Shown in pieces: positions 48,609 to 56,778 of a stretch of 63,349 nucleotides of DNA; the first letter of the stretch is position 1; each line of letters starts with the position of its first letter. The stretch comes from a virus (lineage: Duplodnaviria; Caudoviricetes), in IMG/VR virus record IMGVR_UViG_3300020129_000380, positions 1-63,349 of that record; one strand, written 5' to 3'. A program made the position numbers and the translations under genes. The notes below the pieces were generated by a model. The model saw only the letters and a list, made by a program, of their open reading frames with translations, did not search any database and had not been told where the DNA came from.

Positions 48609-49091
48609 ATGGCATCACGCCGCAAGACTCAAGAGGAACCGCAAACACTTCAGGAAGCAGTGACCGAGCAGGCCGCGACCGCGACGGAGCCGCAAACGTT
48701 TCAAGAAGCCTTGAAAAAAGAAGGCAAGGAGCTTGAGAAAAAGAAGTCCTACACCCTCCTTGAAGGCCGTGCCCACGACAACCCGACCGGCGTGGAAATC
48801 GACAAATACGCCAGCACCGAAAACGGTCATTTTGAATGGCGGATGTACTTCCGCGACGGCGATCCCGGCCCGCAGGTCAGGGCATACTTACGCCAAAACG
48901 GCATGGATTTTGATAAGTTCGGAGAACGCGAAGCCAGCAACCATTATCAGGCAACAAAGCCTTGGTTCAAGCCGGTCCCGTATCGGGCGGAAGGCGCCTA
49001 CGATGATGCCCAACGCATCTATTACGCTGTCGTGCAGATGATGAAGCGGGAAAAAGGGCTGGAAGTGGACGATTCCAAAGGCCGCTTCTAA
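48609..49091 (+). CDS. Hypothetical protein
   Basis: GGAGGG RBS; 160 aa. Confidence 0.6.
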   Translation: MASRRKTQEEPQTLQEAVTEQAATATEPQTFQEALKKEGKELEKKKSYTLLEGRAHDNPTGVEIDKYASTENGHFEWRMYFRDGDPGPQVRAYLRQNGMDFDKFGEREASNHYQATKPWFKPVPYRAEGAYDDAQRIYYAVVQMMKREKGLEVDDSKGRF

Positions 49092-49131
49092 AAGGCTCCG
49101 CCCACCCTTTGCGGGCAGAACGGAGCCTAAA

Positions 49132-49794
49132 TCACTTCCAGCATACGCGACACGTCGCACAGGTCACGCCGCGAGCCTTTCCTTCCGGAGTATCGGTAGG
49201 GCAAACTTTCCCCACGACATCGAGCGGGATACGTTCCTTTCGCAGGGGATTGTCGAGAAAGACCAAATCGGCCTGCTCTACATCTTCCCATGCTTCGGTT
49301 TGCATCCACGCCACTCTCGCTCCGTCCGGAACCTCGTCGGGATAACCCGTTTCTGCGTCCGCCGACAGCCACAACTTCATATTGGGCATTAAGCTGATGG
49401 CTTTCAGTATCGGAAAGATGGTCTTCACACGCCAGCTTCGGGTATACGCCCAAAACATCGTGTGTGACGACCTACCGATAACCTCCAGCATCTTGCGGGC
49501 ATACGCCGGGCTGAATACATCCCCAGAAATATGCCACCGCATTAACAGGATTCCCATACGATACAACTCGTCGGTCATCCTATCCGCGAAATCGCCTCGC
49601 TTTGCCTGCTCGTAATTCCAACGTAACCGTTCCTTCACTTGTCGAAACAAGAAGCGTCTTTTACGGGCATAGCATCGCCTCAGACATAGCTGACTTTTGC
49701 CGGGGCAGGTGATTCCTGCCTCAAGATCGAAATGGGCAACTGATGGACTCAGTTTTTCATTCCCCATTACAATCAGACTTCGTACACATTTCAT
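49132..49794 (-). CDS. GP88-like Cys-rich protein (radical-SAM-related)
   Basis: GNEKL...TCPG...C...CYA, RWHISGD, WAYTRSW, C-terminal CATCRVCW. Confidence 0.7.
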   Translation of the reverse strand: MKCVRSLIVMGNEKLSPSVAHFDLEAGITCPGKSQLCLRRCYARKRRFLFRQVKERLRWNYEQAKRGDFADRMTDELYRMGILLMRWHISGDVFSPAYARKMLEVIGRSSHTMFWAYTRSWRVKTIFPILKAISLMPNMKLWLSADAETGYPDEVPDGARVAWMQTEAWEDVEQADLVFLDNPLRKERIPLDVVGKVCPTDTPEGKARGVTCATCRVCWK

Positions 49795-49936
49795 CCATCA
49801 CCCCTTTACGAAATGAAGACCCGAAATGCCTAGTTTCACGAATGAAACAAGTAACGCGTGGATGATGAATGAGAACGCTTGAACGCGCAAGCAAATACTT
49901 CTTGCAATGACTTGTGACTTGTACTAACGTCCGCTT

Positions 49937-50188
49937 ATGAGCGAATTGGTCAAACAAATCATCAAAGATACAGGCCTTTCCCAAAAGGATGCCGCCGCCG
50001 AGCTTGGCATAAGTGCAGCGTATTTATGCGATGTGTTGAATGGGCGCCGCCAAATAAGCATCGACCTCGCCTTGAGATTGGAAAAAGCATTCGATGCGGA
50101 CGCCGAGGGCTTGCTATACGGCCAACTCGTTGACCAGATGCGGGCACACAGGAAGAAGGGTAAATGGCAACGGGAGGTAACAAAATGA
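49937..50188 (+). CDS. HigA-like XRE HTH regulator
   Basis: LSQKDAAAELGISAAYLCDVLNGRRQISIDLALRLEKAF. Confidence 0.8.
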   Translation: MSELVKQIIKDTGLSQKDAAAELGISAAYLCDVLNGRRQISIDLALRLEKAFDADAEGLLYGQLVDQMRAHRKKGKWQREVTK

Positions 50189-50342
50189 GCGATGACATGA
50201 ATACAGAAATGCAGGCTAGTTTTATACTATTCCTAGTAGCTATACTTGGATTTGCCTTTATACTGATTCTCCCACTTGCCCAGGTATTCGTCGGAGTTGG
50301 AATACTGCCGCCTTCCGTCTTAGACACGCTAGGTATTCCGAA

Positions 50343-50558
50343 ATGACGGAGTTAGCATTAGCAAACCAAGGTGAGGGGGGTGAGTATGGGCAATGGGCGG
50401 ATAGGCCAGCTATGACTTTGTGGGGCATGTTCACTTGTATTGGAGTAGCCGGGATCTTTGATAATGCCCCATGGAGATTCATCGCCGCCTTCCTTTTTGG
50501 GGGTGTTGTGACCGCACCGCTCTTTCAAGCATTTTGCAAAGGATTATTGGGTTTATGA
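50343..50558 (+). CDS. Small membrane protein
   Basis: Hydrophobic; ATGA-type overlaps. Confidence 0.45.
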   Translation: MTELALANQGEGGEYGQWADRPAMTLWGMFTCIGVAGIFDNAPWRFIAAFLFGGVVTAPLFQAFCKGLLGL

Positions 50559-50899
50559 CCACAACCACCATCTCCCACCCCACCCTCTCAGAACGCATAG
50601 AGCACGTCAAAAAGCTTGATGCGACCAGGATGCCAGGACAATTGGTCGCGGCGTTTGGCGAGGATGAAAGCATTGTGTGTTTAAGGCATTCTCCACCCTT
50701 TGAAGTCATTGCCAAGTGCAACCATTTAAACCACCCCGCCGATGCCCGCTTCCTTGCCCAAGCCCCCGCCATGATGGAAATCATAACGGAATTGACGCAG
50801 AGGCTGGAGGTGGCTCGGCAAGGCGTGTGGCCGCCACGAGGCGAATGTTATAACGCCGCGGATTTGGCCAAGCCCTTCTCCCCTTCGGAGTCAGCATGA
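50555..50899 (+). CDS. Ead/Ea22-like phage protein
   Basis: ADARFLAQAPAMM...LTQRLE motif. Confidence 0.55.
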   Translation: MTTTTISHPTLSERIEHVKKLDATRMPGQLVAAFGEDESIVCLRHSPPFEVIAKCNHLNHPADARFLAQAPAMMEIITELTQRLEVARQGVWPPRGECYNAADLAKPFSPSESA

Positions 50900-51093
50900 C
50901 CCCCTTCAGCATATTTGATGTCCAAAAGCCGCCCTTCGACTTCTGGCTGTCCATTGCCCCCAACGGAGGAGTTGCCGTATTATCGGAAACGCTTGCTAAA
51001 CGCCTGGCGAATGTTGATTCTGGAGTATTCGCCCGGCGGCTCTCTTGGGATGGCCAGAAACTCGTTGATAGCACTCCAGATGAGGCACCCTAA
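50896..51093 (+). CDS. Hypothetical protein
   Basis: ATGA overlap. Confidence 0.45.
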   Translation: MTPFSIFDVQKPPFDFWLSIAPNGGVAVLSETLAKRLANVDSGVFARRLSWDGQKLVDSTPDEAP

Positions 51094-51548
51094 TCCTTCA
51101 ATGCCTTCGGCGTGACATCGACGATCTCCACTTCCGTAAACACGACGCCTTTCTCCGCCGCCTTCATTGCGTCGTTGGCGAAGTCTCGCGTCACCTCCCG
51201 AATGTAGGGCCACCGCTTGAGCGTGCAATAATCGTACGCCCGCCATAACATCTCGCCGTAGCCCTTCACCCGCAATTCCCAATGCTTCGCCCCCGTGAAG
51301 GGAATCATGAACCCATTGCCGTAGAAGGCACTCTTCACATCGAGGTGAATGTTCTGAAGCGTCTCAATCGAGCCGTCCCGCTTAATCACATGCAAGCGTG
51401 GCACTTCTTTGTTAGTCGGCCGCATCGCCGTGGAATCGCCCCGCATCTCTGCGATTGAAATCGGGAATACATCCTCATCCGGCGTGGCCGACACACGCTT
51501 TCTGGCCTGGTCGTTCTCAGGCTCGGGAATCTCAGTATGACCGAACAA
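51090..51548 (-). CDS. Relaxase-associated hypothetical protein
   Basis: Overlaps the relaxase 3' end; AYDY...RWPYIRE. Confidence 0.6.
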   Translation of the reverse strand: MFGHTEIPEPENDQARKRVSATPDEDVFPISIAEMRGDSTAMRPTNKEVPRLHVIKRDGSIETLQNIHLDVKSAFYGNGFMIPFTGAKHWELRVKGYGEMLWRAYDYCTLKRWPYIREVTRDFANDAMKAAEKGVVFTEVEIVDVTPKALKD

Positions 51549-54426
51549 GCTCGCGATTTCCTCTGTGGTTGGAATGTTGCACCTCGGGTTTCATAACATC
51601 GATGTAACGTTGGTTCAATAATTTCTGCTGATGCATCATGCGGCGCCGCCGATAAAAAGCGTCCATGGGATGGATTGCGGGCTTGCGGTTCATTAGCTCC
51701 GAAGCCGATTTCTTCGAGTCGGTTTTCTGGATATGTTTGCGGAGTTCATCGGGGGAAAGGTCGGAATAAATCCTCGCCCCAAACTTGCCGCGGGAGAGCG
51801 TCACATAATCCTGGGCAGCGTTCATTGCTCCGATGGAATCACGCCCCATTGCAGCCAGAACGTAATCGGAAGTAGCCCCTTGCACGGCGTAGGACGTTGA
51901 GACGTAGGCGTGTTTCAGATGGCCGAATCGCTGCGAGACAATCCACCCATTATTAAGCTTAATGTCGCCTTCTTTGGTGAATCCGGACACGGTGTACTCA
52001 TTTCCGTTGTCGAGGCGATGCTTGTTTCCTTTACTGTCACATGCCACACCCCCGTTGGTGATTCGTATGGCTTCTCCAGCAGCGAGTCTAATCTCCTCTC
52101 GTTTGAAGACGCTAAAATGTTCAGGGCGGAGATTGCCGACTCCGCCTGCAACATCAGCGACGTTAACTCTGTCACCCGCCTTGTAAGCTCCGCTATTTCG
52201 TGTAAATTGCAGTACTTCGGTTCCATCATAGGAGTGCCTATCACCTTTTTGGGCTGGCGTGAGATGAAGCGGGATAAGCCTTTCAAACGGTCTCTCATCC
52301 TTTAGTTTCCCTTGCTCTTTGAGCTTTTCACGGATTGCATCGGTGATTGCCCCGCCAGCCTTATGCGATGGTGCAACCACGAGAACGCTGCGCCCCATAT
52401 CACCCATCCGGAGAAAATCGTCAACCAAAGCATCATAACCTTGTTCCTGTTTCACCCACCCAAGCTTCTCTAAAAGTCCATGCCCGGCGAGTATATTACC
52501 TTTAGCGATTTCTGCAACCGCTTCCTTGTATCCCTTGTGCTTTTGTCGCCAGTTCTCGGTTAATCTTCCAATCGGCAGACCAGCGAACTTGTCGAGGATT
52601 TCAAAGAGGTTTCCACGGGCAACGCTCTTGTGCTGCTTGCGGTCGCCCTGCAAAATGACCCTTGCGTTCAGTTCCTTCGCATACCCGAACACCTTGTCAA
52701 TATCGGAGATACCCGCCAGCGGGGCTTCGTCGATGTAGATGTATCCGTTGCGGGCGCCCTCGCGGAACTTGGGGTCGACGAGGAAGCGGGCGATGGTATC
52801 GGCATTTGAAAAGCCCTTCTCCCTAAGTGTCCCGCGGGAAGCTGAAGCCGATGGAGCAAGGAACACACCGGGCTTGTCGATGCCGGGGATTGTCCGTTGC
52901 ATGGTCTGGGTTTTACCCGTCCCCGCGTCGCCCTCGATCATGATTACGCGGTCGGTGGATTTATGGATGAAGTCACAAATGGCTTGCTGTTCGGCTGAAA
53001 GCGTGGCAATCTCTTTTTGGACGTTTAATCCACGCCCATGGGGGGCGGCTCCATTGGAAACTCCGATGGGAATCGCCCGGCCGGTAGCCGTCCCCCTCTC
53101 ATTTAAGCTCAGGCCGCTATGCTTATTTGAACCGCTGACGCTTTGCCCTGATTTGTCAATGCTTTCCGATGTCCGAATAACAGCTTGCTGTTCGGGGGAG
53201 AGTGTGGCAACCTTCTCGGACGGACTTAGTACACCCGCTAACGGCCGCATTGTCCCTTTCCCCTCACGGGCGAAGTCGATGATGCGGCCTTCCTCTGCAA
53301 GGACTTCGCGAGTGGTGGCTTCTCCGTTCTTGAGGAGCACGCCCTGGCGGAGAGCTTCGGGAATAATCTCCTCTGGTTTGGCCCCGCCCATGCAGCGTTC
53401 CATGGCGGTTATCTCAAGTCTCTTCTGGTCGATGACGCTATCCCGGTAAAACTCATGGCCTATTGCGAAGGAAATGCCCTTTTCAGCGGTGTTTGTCTGT
53501 TTGGGGTTCTTTCCCTTCAAGGCACCTTTAATCGTCTCTGCAAGCCCTTTCCTTTCGCTTTCCGATGCTTTGCCGTTCCAGTAGGACCGGTAATCATCAA
53601 GCGTCATGTCCTCTCGTTTATGGAGCCTGGACGTGGCACCGAGCTTATCCTTTCCTACGGCGGTCTCGACCTTCAGTTCCTTGGCCAGCTTTTCAACCTC
53701 TTGTGACCGGCGGGAATGCTTGGCCTTTAATGTCTCGGGGATGCCTTTGATGTCCCATGAGTAGTATTTGCCTTGCTTGTACGTTGTGTCGATCTGGTAG
53801 CCTAAGTTCGCCAACTTAGTTGACACACGAAGGTCAAACCTTCTATCAAACCATTTTCTCAAATCCATCAGGTTTCTGAACTGTACCGCCTGCCATTGCT
53901 TGGCTTCTTCGCACCAGGTTACGTTTGCTATAAGCCCATGAATGTGGTGGTCGGGATCTGGCATAGCATCTGACTTTGCCGGGCGCGTCTCTGCATGTTC
54001 CTCGGCGTAATAAACGATATTCCCCGTCTGCTTCTTTCCGTCCCGGCCACCTCGCATGTTCGTCACAGCCTCGGCCTGCATATCCGCCATCGTTTCCCGG
54101 AACGCTTCCCAAACAACATCAGTAATCCTCTTATCGTCCCCCTCCATTGCAAGGCTCACGCCCTTAGGAAGGGACGCGGTGATATGCCAGCCGGGGATTC
54201 TTCCGTCGATAAGCTGGGCGGTGAGCTGGTCATTGGTATGAGGATCGCGGCCATTCAACAGCCGAAGGAACTTCTCAAAGTCCGGTTCTGCCAACCCAAG
54301 CCTCTTTGCTCCCTCACCCCCTATCTCGCGATGCAAATCTTCGTTTTGGACGAAATAACCCCCGTCACTCTTTCCCAGGTAGGTACTGAGAGAGCCGACA
54401 TCGGTAATGACTTGAATCCGCCACAT
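51532..54426 (-). CDS. MobF (TrwC/TraI-like) relaxase-helicase
   Basis: N-terminal Tyr, LLNGRDP, TASLPKGVS, HxxTRP...PDPDHHIH (HUH), HSRRSQEV; helicase GDAGTGKT, IDEA, GDRKQHKSV, HAYVSTSYAVQGAT, YVTLSRG. Confidence 0.93.
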   Translation of the reverse strand: MWRIQVITDVGSLSTYLGKSDGGYFVQNEDLHREIGGEGAKRLGLAEPDFEKFLRLLNGRDPHTNDQLTAQLIDGRIPGWHITASLPKGVSLAMEGDDKRITDVVWEAFRETMADMQAEAVTNMRGGRDGKKQTGNIVYYAEEHAETRPAKSDAMPDPDHHIHGLIANVTWCEEAKQWQAVQFRNLMDLRKWFDRRFDLRVSTKLANLGYQIDTTYKQGKYYSWDIKGIPETLKAKHSRRSQEVEKLAKELKVETAVGKDKLGATSRLHKREDMTLDDYRSYWNGKASESERKGLAETIKGALKGKNPKQTNTAEKGISFAIGHEFYRDSVIDQKRLEITAMERCMGGAKPEEIIPEALRQGVLLKNGEATTREVLAEEGRIIDFAREGKGTMRPLAGVLSPSEKVATLSPEQQAVIRTSESIDKSGQSVSGSNKHSGLSLNERGTATGRAIPIGVSNGAAPHGRGLNVQKEIATLSAEQQAICDFIHKSTDRVIMIEGDAGTGKTQTMQRTIPGIDKPGVFLAPSASASRGTLREKGFSNADTIARFLVDPKFREGARNGYIYIDEAPLAGISDIDKVFGYAKELNARVILQGDRKQHKSVARGNLFEILDKFAGLPIGRLTENWRQKHKGYKEAVAEIAKGNILAGHGLLEKLGWVKQEQGYDALVDDFLRMGDMGRSVLVVAPSHKAGGAITDAIREKLKEQGKLKDERPFERLIPLHLTPAQKGDRHSYDGTEVLQFTRNSGAYKAGDRVNVADVAGGVGNLRPEHFSVFKREEIRLAAGEAIRITNGGVACDSKGNKHRLDNGNEYTVSGFTKEGDIKLNNGWIVSQRFGHLKHAYVSTSYAVQGATSDYVLAAMGRDSIGAMNAAQDYVTLSRGKFGARIYSDLSPDELRKHIQKTDSKKSASELMNRKPAIHPMDAFYRRRRMMHQQKLLNQRYIDVMKPEVQHSNHRGNRELVRSY

Positions 54427-54504
54427 GACACATTATTGCCATCGCTGATTTGCTAAGACAAGCTTTTGCCTTGCGTTTTTTGTGGATTGTGGCAGGATTC
54501 TTTC

Positions 54505-54630
54505 ATGAAGCTTGCGATTGCGTTACTCACCGTTGCCCTAGTCACTGGCTGTACCCATTGCAGCCATCACATCAATAGCAAGGGCGACGTAGAATGCCTC
54601 TGTCTAAGCTGCGGTGAAGGAGACTGGTGA
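54505..54630 (+). CDS. Small Cys/His-rich lipoprotein
   Basis: Translated by hand: MKLAIALLTVALVTGCTHCSHHINSKGDVECLCLSCGEGDW; lipobox VTGC. Confidence 0.55.
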   Translation: MKLAIALLTVALVTGCTHCSHHINSKGDVECLCLSCGEGDW

Positions 54631-54727
54631 ATGGCCTATAACGATAAAACACCATGGTGGGCTTATCCGATTTCTTGGATAATCGGCATGCTCTGGAAGA
54701 AATGAAGCCCACAGTCATTGAAAGGGG

Positions 54728-54949
54728 TTGAGGATGACCACAAAACCGACAATTCTCGATAAAGCCTGCTGGGCAGCGTGTCCTTACATCGACCAATGGA
54801 TTGGCAAAGCAAAGCCCAAGCTCAAGACATGCAAGCGTTGCCCCCAATGGGAGCCTGCCGACGATGGATTTGCAGAGAAGATGAAAAGAGCTTGCCGCGG
54901 TATCGCTGAACAGGTTGTGGAGCCGGTTTTGAAGGCAATTGAGAAGTAG
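54728..54949 (+). CDS. Hypothetical Cys-containing protein
   Basis: ORF with RBS. Confidence 0.45.
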   Translation: MRMTTKPTILDKACWAACPYIDQWIGKAKPKLKTCKRCPQWEPADDGFAEKMKRACRGIAEQVVEPVLKAIEK

Positions 54950-55007
54950 CCCGCCTATCAGGGGAGAAGAGGACGCACACAGGATTAGGGCGATGGCCGG
55001 GCTTCGC

Positions 55008-55502
55008 TTAAACGTGTTTCCACATTTGTCGCGAAATTACCCTTGAGATCGTCGTTGGGCTGCATCCATATTGCACGGCCATCAGATCCTGCGATACTTC
55101 CGCAGCCTTCGCCCTGATCTCCAACACCTTCCTCTCATTCAACTTTGCCTTGCCATGTCGGCTGCCACGATTGCTTAGACCCAGCATCACGGCATGTTGA
55201 CTGTTCTCAAGGTTAGTGAGGTATTCGAGATTACTCGCCCAATTCAATCCCTTTCGGCCATTGCGGTGATTGATCGTAAGCCCTAATGGACGCGGCCCGA
55301 TGAAAGCAAACGCCACAAGTGCGTGAACAAGGTGATGTTTTTGCTGATTACGACTATTCAGACAGACACGCTCGTACCCGCAATTCTTATAGGTACGCAT
55401 CGGCTTTCGTCGTTTTATTGATTCGACACGTCCGGTATTCGATACGGCATAAAGGTGTTCATAGCCCACAACGGGCTTCCAATATTCAAGCAATAGTGGC
55501 AT
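55008..55502 (-). CDS. NUMOD4-HNH homing endonuclease
   Basis: WKPVVGYE..YAVSNTGRV (NUMOD4); VHALVAFAFIG...INHRNG...NLEY (HNH). Confidence 0.88.
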   Translation of the reverse strand: MPLLLEYWKPVVGYEHLYAVSNTGRVESIKRRKPMRTYKNCGYERVCLNSRNQQKHHLVHALVAFAFIGPRPLGLTINHRNGRKGLNWASNLEYLTNLENSQHAVMLGLSNRGSRHGKAKLNERKVLEIRAKAAEVSQDLMAVQYGCSPTTISRVISRQMWKHV

Positions 55503-55708
55503 ACTCGACTCCTCATCTTTGACAATGAGGAGATTACCCCGTTTCGTGCTTCGGCGCAAGCGGGGTTTTCTTTTGGCGATACCGTTCCGGCCGGTTCCCC
55601 TACGGGTTCGCGTCGCTCCGTGCTTCGCACCGGCCAAGAGGCCGCCTACGGTCAACCTATCGCAAGAAAGTGTTTGACCGGTCCTTCGAGTCGTGCCACC
55701 TTTTCGGC

Positions 55709-55939
55709 ATGACCATCCATCTCTGCCACGCCATCGGGTGCAATGAAGAAGTCCCGCCCGAAATCTTCATGTGCAAACCCCATTGGATGCTTCTGCCGCG
55801 GCCGATCCGCAACCGCATCAAGACCCATTACCGCAAAGGGCAATGCGACGATAAGCGGCCCTCTCCCAAATGGCTTGAATTTGCACGGAAGGCCCAAGAG
55901 TACGTTTACGAGAATGAGCCAGGCAGACGGGGTATGTGA
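55709..55939 (+). CDS. Zn-binding hypothetical phage protein
   Basis: HLCHAIGC...MCKPHW motif. Confidence 0.6.
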   Translation: MTIHLCHAIGCNEEVPPEIFMCKPHWMLLPRPIRNRIKTHYRKGQCDDKRPSPKWLEFARKAQEYVYENEPGRRGM

Positions 55940-56232
55940 TGAACCCAGACGATTGCCAGCAATGTAAGGGCGAAGGTGAATATTACCACGACGGTGACGC
56001 TCACGAATGCTTCGCTTGTAAACCCCACAGGAAGCCCAAACGGAAACCATTGAGACCAGATGAGCTACCGCCGAATATCAACCAGCAAGCATACCAGAAA
56101 GCGTTAGATGAAGCATATAAGGTCGCACATTTCGATGCCGAGCGGAATAGCTACCTTCTAGAGGGCAGCGTGCGTATCAGCGAAGCCGCCGGGATAGCCG
56201 TGCTTACGTATTTGCTGGAGGCACACAAGTGA
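55936..56232 (+). CDS. Hypothetical protein with CxxC pairs
   Basis: CQQCKGEG...CFAC. Confidence 0.5.
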   Translation: MMNPDDCQQCKGEGEYYHDGDAHECFACKPHRKPKRKPLRPDELPPNINQQAYQKALDEAYKVAHFDAERNSYLLEGSVRISEAAGIAVLTYLLEAHK

Positions 56233-56474
56233 AACCCTCCGCCAACAAAAATAGCAAGTAAGTGGCATTCGGACGCTTCGCGTCCAAGAAAGTAAGTGGC
56301 ATTCATGGGGGCGATTGTGGAGGGTTCGAGTCCTATTTCAAGCACTTTTTTGCGTTGTGAATGAAATTCTTTTCTTGTGCAAAGCATTGAATCTGCTACT
56401 AATAAGAAGCCTTCGATGCTCATGAATAAATCACCGAAGGCTCTTATGTCCAACCTCTCCAAAGGAGAACAGTT

Positions 56475-56714
56475 ATGAACAATACATCTTCAAACACCCA
56501 AGGTCAATCCGTTCCTTTTGCCGTTCACCAGCCCTATCAGGGCGACAAGTTCGTTATCTTCGGCACCCTATCCGCCGACCAGCAACGGGAGCTTATCGAC
56601 CGTGGCTTTCGCCGGGACAAGGTAAACCGTCAGCTTTGGTGGGTTGCCGACAAGAAGGAACCCAAGGCAATTGCAAGCTTCGATGAAGTTGTTGCAACTC
56701 AAGTTGCGGCGTAG
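56475..56714 (+). CDS. Hypothetical protein
   Basis: AAGGAG RBS; first gene of methyltransferase operon. Confidence 0.6.
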   Translation: MNNTSSNTQGQSVPFAVHQPYQGDKFVIFGTLSADQQRELIDRGFRRDKVNRQLWWVADKKEPKAIASFDEVVATQVAA

Positions 56715-56778
56715 TAATGTCGGGGTGAGGACGGACAATCCTCACCCCTTCTTTAACCGCAAAATGGAGTTTGCGATT

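Larger units (their letters stand above)
42928..54426. mobile_element. Integrative mobilizable element backbone embedded in the phage genome
   Basis: Integrase, excisionase, T4CP, ParB-like and MobF relaxase genes; no mating-pair-formation genes seen. Confidence 0.8.

Noticed and set aside
49937-50346. HigBA toxin-antitoxin module
   Set aside because: Only the HTH is present; no RelE/HigB-like ORF adjacent
56300-56345. GGGTTCGAGTCC as a tRNA 3' half or second att site
   Set aside because: T stem pairs poorly, there is no acceptor strand matching TGGGGTA and no CCA; it does not complete the tRNA-Gln fragment
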